IMG/VR virus record: IMGVR_UViG_3300022742_000004 | Coordinates: 1-29,993 of that record | Direction: 5' to 3' (one strand) | From: a virus | Taxonomy: Duplodnaviria; Caudoviricetes | Length of the DNA stretch: 29,993 nt | Part shown: piece by piece, positions 9,115 to 17,653 of the stretch | Layout of the letters: each line of letters begins with the position of its first letter | Numbering within the stretch: position 1 is the stretch's first letter | Notes under the pieces: model-generated | Told to the model about the DNA's origin: nothing | What the model saw: the letters and a program-made list of their open reading frames with translations, nothing else | Database searches by the model: none | Position numbers and translations under genes: made by a program

Positions 9115-10727
9115 ACGTTGAAATTTCCGCGTCCGCCCTGCTGCTCGATCTGCCGCTGCTGGCGCGCCGCCTGCAGGCTGGTCACGTTCGCCGGCCGAAC
9201 CGACTGCGCCGACTGGGTGACGAGGTTAGCGAGGCCGAGCATACCAAGGCAGCGATACTGCTCGCCATCGTGTGGGTGCGAATATTCGTTCTTCACCACA
9301 TCGAGCTTGTCGGTCTCGCTCGTCGAGGTCTTTTTCGAGAACTTGTAGTGTGCCTCAAAGCCGCCAAGGATGAACTTGCACGCTGGGTCGACGAGATATC
9401 CGGGCGTATGACCGTCGATCATCAGGCCGAGATAGTGCTTCACCGCCTCCTGGCGGATCCCGGGCTCGTTCGACGGCGCCGGCGAGATCGGAAAGCCGAC
9501 CGTCGCCGACAGCGTGTTCATCCAGTGAAATTCGCCGGTATTGGTGTCGGCACCGTACCAGGCCGATGGATCGCCCCAGGCGCCGATGATCGGGATGCCC
9601 GGAAAGCGGGTCATCAGCAGGGCCAGCATTGCCTGCCCGAACCGTGTCGGCCCCGTGCCAGGCGCAGCCACCAGTTCCGCCAGCAGCCGGTTCTGGCCGC
9701 TCGGCATCTGCTGGCCGATCGTCGCGGCCGGGGAGCCGCCGGCATCGATGCCGATCGTCAGCCCCAGCTGCGGCACCGCTGTCAGCGCCTCGTCTGCGCG
9801 GTGGATCTCCGGATTGAAGTAATCCTCATAGACCGGCGTGCCATCCTTGGCGTAGGCCGGGCGCGAGTGCACCATGCGCAGCACCAGGCGTTTGTCTTTC
9901 GTCGTGGCCGCCTCGAGCTCGTAGGACGATCGTGGCTTGCCGACGCGGTTCTCGGCGTTGGGCGTGAGGCCGCCCGGCTGCCAGAAGCCGTTCCAGCCAG
10001 GTGTGACGTTCTTGTAGATCCCGCCGGGCTTCGAGCCCTCTCCGAACGGCGTCTTGTAGGCAGGGTGATCGACGTCGGGCGGGTTCATGTCGCCCCACAC
10101 GATGCGCGGTAGCACCGGCTCGGTTTCGTCGACCTCGAGCCCCATCATGCGCATGGCCGCGCGGCCGTCGCGCGAGACCCGCTCCAGCTCGGAAGGCGCG
10201 ATTTGCTCGACGGGCGGATAGCGGCCGCAACGCTGGAAAAAGACCGGCATCGTGTTTTCCGGCATCAGGTCATACTCGTTGCACCAGGCCATCGAGATTT
10301 CGTAGCCCTTGGCGAATGCCTCGAGGTCATTGTCGCCGATCGCACCGGTCTCCATGACGTATTCGATCTTCACCTTGTCAGGCCCGCGAAAGGCCTCCCA
10401 GCAGATCTTGTGCACCACTGGCCGATCCTGCCCGCCCTCATGGCTTTCCGTCCAGGCGTGCTTTTCGGGGAACGTGTTGTACCAGCTGGCGAGCGCGGTG
10501 CGCGCGAAGCTGCGGTAGGTATCGCGAACGCAGAGCGTCTTGACCCGCACCCAGCCATCCTTGCAGACCGGTAGGTAGTTCGCGGCGTGCATCGGCCCCT
10601 TGATCACCGAACAAACCGTCTTGCCGGATCCGCCGGGCCCCATGATCGCGTCGATCGGCCCGCGTGACTGGATGAATGCCGCGCCTATCGGCCCCGGCGG
10701 CATATAGCGCTGGATATCAATTCCCAT
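9102..10727 (-). CDS. terL: Terminase large subunit
   Basis: Start MGIDIQRY; Walker A GPGGSGKT, Walker B AWCNE, GDMNPP motif, nuclease IGIDAG and HPHD motifs. Confidence 0.92.
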   Translation of the reverse strand: MGIDIQRYMPPGPIGAAFIQSRGPIDAIMGPGGSGKTVCSVIKGPMHAANYLPVCKDGWVRVKTLCVRDTYRSFARTALASWYNTFPEKHAWTESHEGGQDRPVVHKICWEAFRGPDKVKIEYVMETGAIGDNDLEAFAKGYEISMAWCNEYDLMPENTMPVFFQRCGRYPPVEQIAPSELERVSRDGRAAMRMMGLEVDETEPVLPRIVWGDMNPPDVDHPAYKTPFGEGSKPGGIYKNVTPGWNGFWQPGGLTPNAENRVGKPRSSYELEAATTKDKRLVLRMVHSRPAYAKDGTPVYEDYFNPEIHRADEALTAVPQLGLTIGIDAGGSPAATIGQQMPSGQNRLLAELVAAPGTGPTRFGQAMLALLMTRFPGIPIIGAWGDPSAWYGADTNTGEFHWMNTLSATVGFPISPAPSNEPGIRQEAVKHYLGLMIDGHTPGYLVDPACKFILGGFEAHYKFSKKTSTSETDKLDVVKNEYSHPHDGEQYRCLGMLGLANLVTQSAQSVRPANVTSLQAARQQRQIEQQGGRGNFNVWDV

Positions 10728-10788
10728 GACCCTTGACCCTTTGCAAACCCGGAGCCCCGCGCGCCCGCGCCCACTCCGCCAGGGATCG

Positions 10789-10821
10789 AGATTAGTCCGC
10801 GCCGCCAGCTGTTCAGTCGGG
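10789..10821 (-). promoter_or_regulatory. Putative late promoter for terL
   Basis: CCCGACTGAAC-N16-TAATCT, about 60 bp upstream of the terL ATG. Confidence 0.6.
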
Positions 10822-11023
10822 CAAAGCCGAATGGCCGGTGTGTGTGACAACCGACCCCCAGTAGGGGCAGGGCGCGCGCGAGTTTTGAAGTCGCCGCCTC
10901 GCGCGCGAGCGCCCGCCCGCGTGAGGCACCCCCGGGGGCGGCGACACGCCAGCCGTTTTCCCGCGCGCGCGAGGCCGGAGCCGAAACCTGCCACTAATCT
11001 TTGATCAGGCCAGCTATCAACGA

Positions 11024-11085
11024 TTTCAATACGTTACGCGCCGTGAGACTTGCGGCGCGAATGTCTCACGGCTAACCGATTGATT
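11024..11085. repeat. Inverted repeat flanked by convergent IHF-like sites
   Basis: GCCGTGAGAC (11040-11049) / GTCTCACGGC (11063-11072); minus-strand AATCAATCGGTTA (11073-11085) matches WATCAANNNNTTR; TTTCAATACGTTA (11024-11036) has one mismatch. Confidence 0.6.
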
Positions 11086-11088
11086 TCA

Positions 11089-11784
11089 TTAGGTTGGCTT
11101 CTCGGCCTTGGTCAGGTCCATCACGCCGCCATCGTCGGGCCGCTCGACCTGCATATCTCCGATCATCATCACGCCCAGGACGTGCTTGCTCACCTTGAGT
11201 TCCTGCGCCCGCTTGCTCTCGAAATACGGCATCAACTCGGCATTGGCTTTCAGCACCAGCTCGTGCGCTTTCGTCACCAGGGCGGCCACGCCGTCGAGCT
11301 TGCCCTCTTTCGCGAGCTTCACCAGCTGCGCGGCAGGGTCGCCCGCCTCGACCGTCTGCCCGGCGATCTCCAGAGCCAGGCGCACCGGGTCCGCGTTCGC
11401 CAGGGCGGCGAGGTTGAGGCCGGGATGGCGGTATCCCATGCGCATCAGCGTCTCGGCGAATTCGCGGCTTGCCTTGTTCTGGCTGCCCTTCGGCCTCCCG
11501 CGCCCGTTCCGCGCGGCCGAGATTGTTTCCGCCACATGCCGCACCGGGCCGGCGAAAAGCGACTGCTGCTCATCGATCTCATCGAGCATGAGAGAATGCT
11601 GCTCGGGATCGTCGGCGGCCGGTAGCAGCTCCTGGGCGAGGCTGGCCATGGCGCTTTCGGCGATCGCCCTGGTCGCGCCGACCTTCGCCGCCCGGTCCGG
11701 ATCGGCCTCGATCGCCGCCGCGCCGGAATTTTCGGCCGGCGTGTGTGCCACTTGAAGCCCCTGATTTGCGTCGTCTGCCGCCAT
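11089..11784 (-). CDS. terS: Terminase small subunit (putative)
   Basis: GRGRPKGSQNK motif and A..L.PY motif; lies upstream of terL. Confidence 0.7.
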   Translation of the reverse strand: MAADDANQGLQVAHTPAENSGAAAIEADPDRAAKVGATRAIAESAMASLAQELLPAADDPEQHSLMLDEIDEQQSLFAGPVRHVAETISAARNGRGRPKGSQNKASREFAETLMRMGYRHPGLNLAALANADPVRLALEIAGQTVEAGDPAAQLVKLAKEGKLDGVAALVTKAHELVLKANAELMPYFESKRAQELKVSKHVLGVMMIGDMQVERPDDGGVMDLTKAEKPT

Positions 11785-11812
11785 CGCCGCTATTTCCCTA
11801 TTTCTTTATTCG

Positions 11813-12046
11813 AGTTACCGCCGGTAACCGGAGGCGACCCATTCGCTAACCGCATATCTCCAATAAAATCAGGAATTTATACCTCTCGGTTACCGGTTAC
11901 CTCTATTTCTCTTCACGCGTATCCACGCGCGCGCGCGTGAAAAACCCCATTAATTCGGTAACCCGGTAACCGTCTGCGCAAGCCCCTGATTTCCTTGATT
12001 GATCGCGGTTACCGCCGTAGTAACCGTCCGGTGACCGGTGGTAACC
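11813..12046. repeat. Symmetric iteron/IHF array, probable replication origin
   Basis: 12 GGTNACC-like heptamers, six per arm, mirror-placed about ~11929; two inverted WATCARNNNNTTR sites (11867-11879, 11979-11991); central palindrome CACGCGCGCGCGCGTG (11924-11939). Confidence 0.75.
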
Positions 12047-12309
12047 ACCCTCACCCGGAAGGCGAAGCACTCGCCCTCGCCGCCATCCTGCGCACGCTTC
12101 CCGCCGCGTTAAGTGCCCGCGCCTGATCTCCACCGGCATCGCGTGGCCGGGCGGCCTCACGCGTTCCTTGGGATGTCGCGTGGCTCCGCCCGGCTCGCTC
12201 GGCGCGGCGCGGGCTCCGCTTTTCTGAAGCCAGGGGCGGGGGAAAGAGAGTTAACTGCGACGGCAATCAGGGCGGGGGAAATGTCGGAATTAGAACAGGG
12301 TGTGGGAGA

Positions 12310-12582
12310 TCAATAGTCGCTGGTGTCGCGCCGCTCAGCCGCCTGGATCCATGTTGCAGCGGTCCACGTCTCCGCGCGATACAACACCAGGACAAGCCAG
12401 CATCCGACGACGATCGAGGCGACCCAGTTGACGATTGGAGTGCGGACGAGGCCATAAACCCATACGCCGGCGTAGACGCCAGCCGCCAAGCACCCGATCA
12501 TTGCGCCCAGGTGCAGCAGCTCTCCCAGCAGGCGGCCAAGCAGCCAGGCGGGCATCTCTATCAGTGCTCTTAACAAGTCCAT
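12310..12582 (-). CDS. Small integral membrane protein (moron-like)
   Basis: 90 aa with 2-3 hydrophobic segments; GGGGAGG RBS; located after the early-operon terminator. Confidence 0.6.
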   Translation of the reverse strand: MDLLRALIEMPAWLLGRLLGELLHLGAMIGCLAAGVYAGVWVYGLVRTPIVNWVASIVVGCWLVLVLYRAETWTAATWIQAAERRDTSDY

Positions 12583-12642
12583 TGCTGCCCTCCCCAACCG
12601 TGGCTGGACGCTAGCAGCGGGGCGCGGGCAAGGGAAGATGCA

Positions 12643-12671
12643 GAAAGCCCGCCGGATCGCTCCAGCGGGCT
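12643..12671 (-). terminator. Terminator at the end of the early/replication operon
   Basis: Minus strand AGCCCGCTGGA-GCGA-TCCGGCGGGCT followed by TTCTG (short U tract). Confidence 0.55.
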
Positions 12672-12697
12672 CGTATGGGGCCGCCGTGGCCGTCAGG

Positions 12698-13033
12698 CTA
12701 CCGCGCGCCCTCCTCGGCCGCGTAATAGCCAGGTCGACGTTCCAGCTCTTCCTGGATGAACGTTTCGGCGAACAGCGGATAGCGCCGCTCCATCCGCTGG
12801 CGCAGATTGCGGATGCGCGCTTTGGCCTTCGCCTCCCGGCTCCAGCGGCGTATGGGCCGCTGCGTCACCAGCTCCCAGCAGATCGCGTATCCGGCACCAG
12901 GCTTCCACGCCGCCTCGATCTCGGGCGGGCATCGCGCGCCTCGAGGCACAAGCATCGCGAGGAGGATACGCGGCCCAGGCGGCGGCAGGTCCGGACGACG
13001 CCAGGCGAGCGAGTAACGGACCATGTCCATCAC
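12698..13033 (-). CDS. Conserved hypothetical phage protein
   Basis: Coupled to the helicase stop; Arg-rich C-terminal helix RRWSREAKAKARIRNLRQRMERRYPLFA; start could be 13030. Confidence 0.65.
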   Translation of the reverse strand: MMDMVRYSLAWRRPDLPPPGPRILLAMLVPRGARCPPEIEAAWKPGAGYAICWELVTQRPIRRWSREAKAKARIRNLRQRMERRYPLFAETFIQEELERRPGYYAAEEGAR

Positions 13034-15003
13034 TCACCCACCCACTTATCAAACCCCTTGAGGTCCACCAAGGTCACCTTCTTGGAAAGCCGGTTGATCT
13101 TCACCGTCTGCTTGTCCGGCCGACGCAGCACCACGCCCTCGGGCGCCTGTTTCAGCGCCATGGTCCAGCCGCCGCGCAGATAGTCGCTATCCCCGAACAG
13201 CCGATCGAGGTTGTCGTCGTTGATCGGGATCGCCAGCGTGTAGCCCTCGGCCGGGTCGCCCTTGTCTCGCAGGCCGAGGCCCATCAGCGCCAGGCGGGCG
13301 CGGGCTTCCGACAGCTGCATCCAATCGTTGCCAGCCTCGAGCTGCTCGATGACGCCGCCGACGGTCAGCTTGTCGCCGCCCTTGTAGCTGTCGAGCTTGG
13401 CGCCCAGGATCTTCTCCAGGACCTCTTGCCACTTCGGCACCTGGTCGCCACGCTCGGCCGCCGTGGCGTGCTCGAGGATCTCGACCAGGTGATCGATGTC
13501 GAGCCTGCATTCGCCGCCCGTCCGCGCCACCGGGTCCTGCGGCAGGCCGGCGTCGATCATCCCCTGCTCGCCGACGAGCAGCTCGGCGCAGGCCAGCACC
13601 GTGCCATAGGTGTCGATCGCGCGCGCATCGAACGGCAGGCGCGGATCCGAAAGGATCTGTCGCCACTTCGGCAGGATGTGCCAATAGAAATCGTGAAACC
13701 CGTCCATCAGCTGGCGCAGGATCATCCGGCCGGCCGTGTCGGAAATCACCGGCTGCGTCGTCGTCTTCTTTTTGTCGAGCGTGTTCAGGTTGAGGATGAT
13801 CATGCGCGTGCGGTCCTGCACGCCCAGCACCGGCGGCATGATGGCCGAGAACATGAAGCTCGAGCGCAGCTCGAATTCCGTGCCCTCCCCGTTCGCGCCG
13901 CCGCGATAGCCCTTGGCGCCGGAATAGCTCTGGCGCGCCAGCTCGACGATCTGCCCCTCTTTCGAGGAATGCGCCTTGCGCTCGAATTCGTCGACGGCCA
14001 CCGGCCGGCTGTCCTGTTTCAGGTTCTGGTAGATGCCGGCGGCCGTCGTGTTGGCCGTCGTATAGAGAACGTTGCCGAACAGCGCGCGGATGATGTTGTG
14101 CAGCGTGGACTTGCCGACGCCGGCGCCGCCCGTGGTGAAGACGATCGGCCGCACCTCGAGCGCGCCGCCGAGCAGCGAGGAGCCGATCCAGCCGAGCAGA
14201 AAGATGGGGTCGATATAGGGCCGCTCCCAGTTCCAGCTCTGCAGGTCCTGCAGCAGCTGATGCGCGGGACTGTCATAGACGCCGATCGGCTCCTGCCAGG
14301 GGCGAAGGGTGTCCGCGTCCTGGGCGTAGAAATAGCCGTCATACTCGCCGGGCTTGGCGACCTTGAGTTCCCAGCCGGTTGCTCGGTTCTCGTGGTTAAG
14401 CTTCACGTCGACCGAAAACAGGTACTTGCCGGAATGCCAGATGAACTTGTCCTGCGCCTTCCAGCCGCCGCGGCCGCGCACGTTCTGCTGCGGATCGAAC
14501 AGCCCCTTGCGGCCGGCCTCGTTGATCAGCGCCATCGCGGCCTTGTCGCGCTCGATGCGCTTCACCTTCGGCGGCAGCGGTTCACCGTCGGCGTTGGTGC
14601 CCTCGCTCTTGCCGAAGGCCGGCCAGGCCCACATGAGATAGTTGAGGTGCGGGGCGAAGAGACGCGCCAGCGTCGGAAGGTCCCAGCGGGTTACCGCCTG
14701 CATTTCCCCGATCGCGTCGATGACGTAGACGGTCTCGCCCTTCTTGCCGAGCACGGTCACCGGGCAGTCGGGCGGCATGCTGTCATGCGGGGCGCCGGGC
14801 CACTGGCCGGGCTTGATGCCGTTGCGCGCGAGGTTGGGATCCGGATCGTCGAAGCCCTTCACCTCCTGCAGCGCCTGCATCGCATCCAGGAAGGTCGCGC
14901 GGACAGCTTTCACGCCGCCTTGTACTTTTGGTTTTCTCGCAGTCATGTCCGCCCGCATCATCAGAGGTATAGACCGCCGCGCCGTCGCCAGCGCGGCGGG
15001 CAT
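13030..15003 (-). CDS. Superfamily-3-like replicative DNA helicase (P4/D5/DUF927-like)
   Basis: Walker A GGAGVGKST, Walker B VAVDEFE, QDRTR arginine-finger-like motif; alternative start at 14948. Confidence 0.8.
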   Translation of the reverse strand: MPAALATARRSIPLMMRADMTARKPKVQGGVKAVRATFLDAMQALQEVKGFDDPDPNLARNGIKPGQWPGAPHDSMPPDCPVTVLGKKGETVYVIDAIGEMQAVTRWDLPTLARLFAPHLNYLMWAWPAFGKSEGTNADGEPLPPKVKRIERDKAAMALINEAGRKGLFDPQQNVRGRGGWKAQDKFIWHSGKYLFSVDVKLNHENRATGWELKVAKPGEYDGYFYAQDADTLRPWQEPIGVYDSPAHQLLQDLQSWNWERPYIDPIFLLGWIGSSLLGGALEVRPIVFTTGGAGVGKSTLHNIIRALFGNVLYTTANTTAAGIYQNLKQDSRPVAVDEFERKAHSSKEGQIVELARQSYSGAKGYRGGANGEGTEFELRSSFMFSAIMPPVLGVQDRTRMIILNLNTLDKKKTTTQPVISDTAGRMILRQLMDGFHDFYWHILPKWRQILSDPRLPFDARAIDTYGTVLACAELLVGEQGMIDAGLPQDPVARTGGECRLDIDHLVEILEHATAAERGDQVPKWQEVLEKILGAKLDSYKGGDKLTVGGVIEQLEAGNDWMQLSEARARLALMGLGLRDKGDPAEGYTLAIPINDDNLDRLFGDSDYLRGGWTMALKQAPEGVVLRRPDKQTVKINRLSKKVTLVDLKGFDKWVGE

Positions 15004-15006
15004 GGG

Positions 15007-15342
15007 TCAAATCTGGTACTTGCCGCCGGCGCCCGGGTGCTTCGCGTCATGGAGCGCCTGGCGCAACAGATAGCCCTCGAGCGGCCAGATCTTGTTGCGC
15101 GCGTTCTCCCGGGCGATCTTGCGGCCGATGGCCTGGTCGAAATTCTCCGGGCTGGCGGCCGCGCTTTCGCCGGTCACGCAAAAACCGTTCTGCAATGTCA
15201 GGCAGCAGACGGTCAGCGTCGTGCCGGGGAAGACGTAATAATCTTCACGCGCGATTGCCGCATCGATGTCCGCAGGCGTCAGCCGCGGCGCATTGAGCCC
15301 CTTCGCCTGAATTTCCTGTTCAATGGCCTGCTCGTCTTTCAT
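15007..15342 (-). CDS. Phage Gp49/Sf6-gp66 family protein (probable Acb4-type nucleotide-signal sponge)
   Basis: MKDEQAIEQEIQAKGLNAPRLTP...LTVCCLTLQNGFCVTGESAAASPENFDQAIGRKIA...IWPLEGYLL is the hallmark of this family; GAGGAG RBS. Confidence 0.8.
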   Translation of the reverse strand: MKDEQAIEQEIQAKGLNAPRLTPADIDAAIAREDYYVFPGTTLTVCCLTLQNGFCVTGESAAASPENFDQAIGRKIARENARNKIWPLEGYLLRQALHDAKHPGAGGKYQI

Positions 15343-15414
15343 CGGTCTCTCCTCATTGGCCGCCGGCGGGATTGCCGACGGCGATCGCCGCCGCGCTGTG
15401 CGCGACGGCATGGG

Positions 15415-15645
15415 TCAGGCCATGTAGTCGCGTATGGAACGCTTGGGATCGAATGGCCCGTCGGCAGCCAGAAGCCTGAGCGTCACGCACAAAGCCACAC
15501 CCTGCGACGACAGGAAGTTCCAGCCCGATACCCTCTCTACGAAGCCCGCTTCGACGAGGCGATCACGCTCGCCCTTGCCAATCAGGTTGCCGTCCCAAAC
15601 AGGGCCATGGACAAATTGCGATAGCTGCTCGATCGCCGGCGTCAT
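15415..15645 (-). CDS. Hypothetical protein (possible winged-helix)
   Basis: 76 aa, ATGA-coupled to the upstream gene. Confidence 0.65.
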   Translation of the reverse strand: MTPAIEQLSQFVHGPVWDGNLIGKGERDRLVEAGFVERVSGWNFLSSQGVALCVTLRLLAADGPFDPKRSIRDYMA

Positions 15646-15953
15646 TGCTCTACCCCGACCTTATCGAGCAGCGCCTCGCCGAGCGCCTGGTAGCGCTCGG
15701 CAAACACTTCGGGAGAGACCGCCGCCACGTCGCCGTTATCGGCACAGAGCAGCCAGTCGGCCGCCTCCGCATCGAGGCGACGGCCCGCCATCGTCTCGAT
15801 CTCGATCACACCAGGACGGAGCCGCAGACGGCCACGCTTGTATGCCAGGTGGATCGCATTCGGCACGCCGGACCATTCGTCGGCCGGCCGCCGCATCACG
15901 TCGCCGGCGAGGACGGCCTCGAAGACGATGGGCCGGGGAACAACCTTCACCAT
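15642..15953 (-). CDS. Conserved phage protein (PGDYG-like family, divergent)
   Basis: MVKVVPRPIVFEAV...IETMAG...ADWLL...GD...SPEVFAERY resembles the widespread KKPVVIEA...TLEG...GDWII...PDIF..TY family; TGATG coupling. Confidence 0.55.
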   Translation of the reverse strand: MVKVVPRPIVFEAVLAGDVMRRPADEWSGVPNAIHLAYKRGRLRLRPGVIEIETMAGRRLDAEAADWLLCADNGDVAAVSPEVFAERYQALGEALLDKVGVEQ

Positions 15954-16918
15954 CAGCCGCGCCCTCCCCATGTCGCCAGCGGCGCATCGACGAGTTCGAT
16001 CGTCGTGTCCTCGATCGGCACGGCCGGCGGCGGATCCGCCACCGCCTTCTCCTGCTCTTTGCGGGCGAACTCGCCGGCGACGAACCGGTCGAGCGCCAGC
16101 AGCACGCCGGCAAAGGCAGTGAAGGCGATCCGCTCCGGCTCCGAGATCTCCGGCGAGGCACGATGCTTTTTGATGACGAGCTGCTGCGCGAGAACGTCCG
16201 GCGTCGCCCGCTCGCCGATCTGGCGAACGAAAGCCGCCATGTCGTCGAACACGGCATCGGGCAGTTGCTGGTCGACAAGCTCGGAACCGTTCACGGCATG
16301 CTCGAGCCAGGCGCCATGCATGAACGCTTCCTGGTAGGCCCCGATCGCGCCGCAGAGCGCGACGCGATCGAGCGTCTCCGGACCTGCCGGCACCGGCGCC
16401 GCGCCGTCAGCGCTGCCATCGCTGTCGTTCAGCGTTTGAGCATCGATGCCGGAACCCCCGTGATCCTCGCCACTTCCTTCTGCAGAACCTCCAGATGCTT
16501 CAACACCAGTTGCGCCGGGCTCTTGGCCAGCGGTATCGGCTCCGCCGGCGCCAGCATCTTCGGGAGCGGCTTGCTCTCCCGATACCTCAGACGGGGATTG
16601 ATCCTGCTCGCCCGCGTCATCGCTCACCCCTCCGCTCTGGTGTACCGGCGTCGGTGCCACACCTTCCGCCGCTTCGGTTTCGGTTTCGGCGTCCGCGCCG
16701 TCGGCGCCGTCGACCACGGCAGCGCCGTCAGCCGCGCCAGCCTCTGCCGGCGGTTCGCCCGGGTGTTCTCCCCCAGCTGCGCCAGCGGCATCACCACTGT
16801 CGCCCGCCACCAGCGCCGCAGCCGCCGGTTCATCATGTTCCGCCGGAACTGCCGGCTGCACCGGATCCGCGACAACGTCTGGAGCTTTCGCTTCATGCTG
16901 TTTCCTTCTCTTCGCCAT
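15953..16918 (-). CDS. Hypothetical protein with a long acidic low-complexity N-terminal region
   Basis: GAGGAG RBS before MAKRRK; ~180 aa of A/G/E/D/P-rich sequence followed by a helical domain. Confidence 0.7.
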   Translation of the reverse strand: MAKRRKQHEAKAPDVVADPVQPAVPAEHDEPAAAALVAGDSGDAAGAAGGEHPGEPPAEAGAADGAAVVDGADGADAETETEAAEGVAPTPVHQSGGVSDDAGEQDQSPSEVSGEQAAPEDAGAGGADTAGQEPGATGVEASGGSAEGSGEDHGGSGIDAQTLNDSDGSADGAAPVPAGPETLDRVALCGAIGAYQEAFMHGAWLEHAVNGSELVDQQLPDAVFDDMAAFVRQIGERATPDVLAQQLVIKKHRASPEISEPERIAFTAFAGVLLALDRFVAGEFARKEQEKAVADPPPAVPIEDTTIELVDAPLATWGGRG

Positions 16919-16919
16919 G

Positions 16920-17246
16920 TCAGTCTTCTCCTCTGGGTGAGCCATGCTCGCCGAGCGCGCGCATGTAGGTTTCGAAGAGGTGATCCTCCTCGAGCCGTTC
17001 GTTCCGGTCCTTACGCCTGGCGGCGATGACCCGTTTCATGGTTTTGACGTCGTAGCCGCGCCCGCGTGCCTCGCCGTAAATGTCCTTCACGTCGTCATCG
17101 ATCGTCCGGCGCTCCTCATGCAGGCGCTCGACACGCTCAATGAACTGCCGCAGCTCGGCGGCAGTGTCGTTCTTGACCGGAGGTTTTTCGGCAGCCGCCG
17201 GCGGCACCGGCTTGCGCACGGACAAGGGATCGTAGTCGCCGCTCAT
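16920..17246 (-). CDS. GapR-like DUF2312/UPF0335 nucleoid-associated protein
   Basis: LRQFIERVERLHEE...DVKDIYGEARGRGYDVK.MK.VI..R.KD..ER.EE...F.TY..ALG signature. Confidence 0.9.
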   Translation of the reverse strand: MSGDYDPLSVRKPVPPAAAEKPPVKNDTAAELRQFIERVERLHEERRTIDDDVKDIYGEARGRGYDVKTMKRVIAARRKDRNERLEEDHLFETYMRALGEHGSPRGED

Positions 17247-17653
17247 GAGCGGGCTCCCTTTGGTTTGCTGGCGGCCGCACGGTCGATGCGCTCGATCTCG
17301 GCAATGATGAGGGTGTAGTGGGCCTCGGCGTCCACATAGCGATGCTCGGCCCGCTTAACGTAGAGGCGCTTGACGCGCTCTATTTCAGCCAGCGCAAGGG
17401 CGCCGGCGCGGACAAGATCGTGCCTTGGTGACTTCGGTTTCCACCACTTTTTGTCCCACGGCCATCCAAACGGAATACCTTCACGTTCGCCACTCGGCAG
17501 AGATAGCGCGCGGTCTGTCGCGTGCGCGAAGTAGGCCTTTGCAGCGAGCAGCAATTCGCCTTTCCCGTGCGCGTCGTCGTGCTCTGGCGTCCAGCCCTCG
17601 ACCTCGATCTGGCGGCGGCGTTCGGCCATTACGTCTTCGATTGCCTTACTCAT
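17243..17653 (-). CDS. Conserved hypothetical phage protein
   Basis: DV.AERRRQIEVEGWTPEHDD...WPW...WWKP...R.DLVRAGAL..AEIER, a common phage domain of unclear function. Confidence 0.8.
   Translation of the reverse strand: MSKAIEDVMAERRRQIEVEGWTPEHDDAHGKGELLLAAKAYFAHATDRALSLPSGEREGIPFGWPWDKKWWKPKSPRHDLVRAGALALAEIERVKRLYVKRAEHRYVDAEAHYTLIIAEIERIDRAAASKPKGARS

Noticed and set aside
10728-10994. 89-aa N-terminal extension of terL given by the ORF track
   Set aside because: Arg/Gly/Ala-rich translation of a repeat-rich region; the promoter candidate and RBS point to ATG 10727
12051-12266. 71-aa ORF beginning with a QLTLF clamp-like motif
   Set aside because: Non-ATG start, no clear RBS and low-complexity composition; not supportable as a gene
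13426-15624. 732-aa plus-strand ORF (likewise 7336-8865, 15434-17029, 18079-19779 and 28203-29330)
   Set aside because: Antisense shadows of well-supported genes in high-GC DNA, with no recognisable motifs
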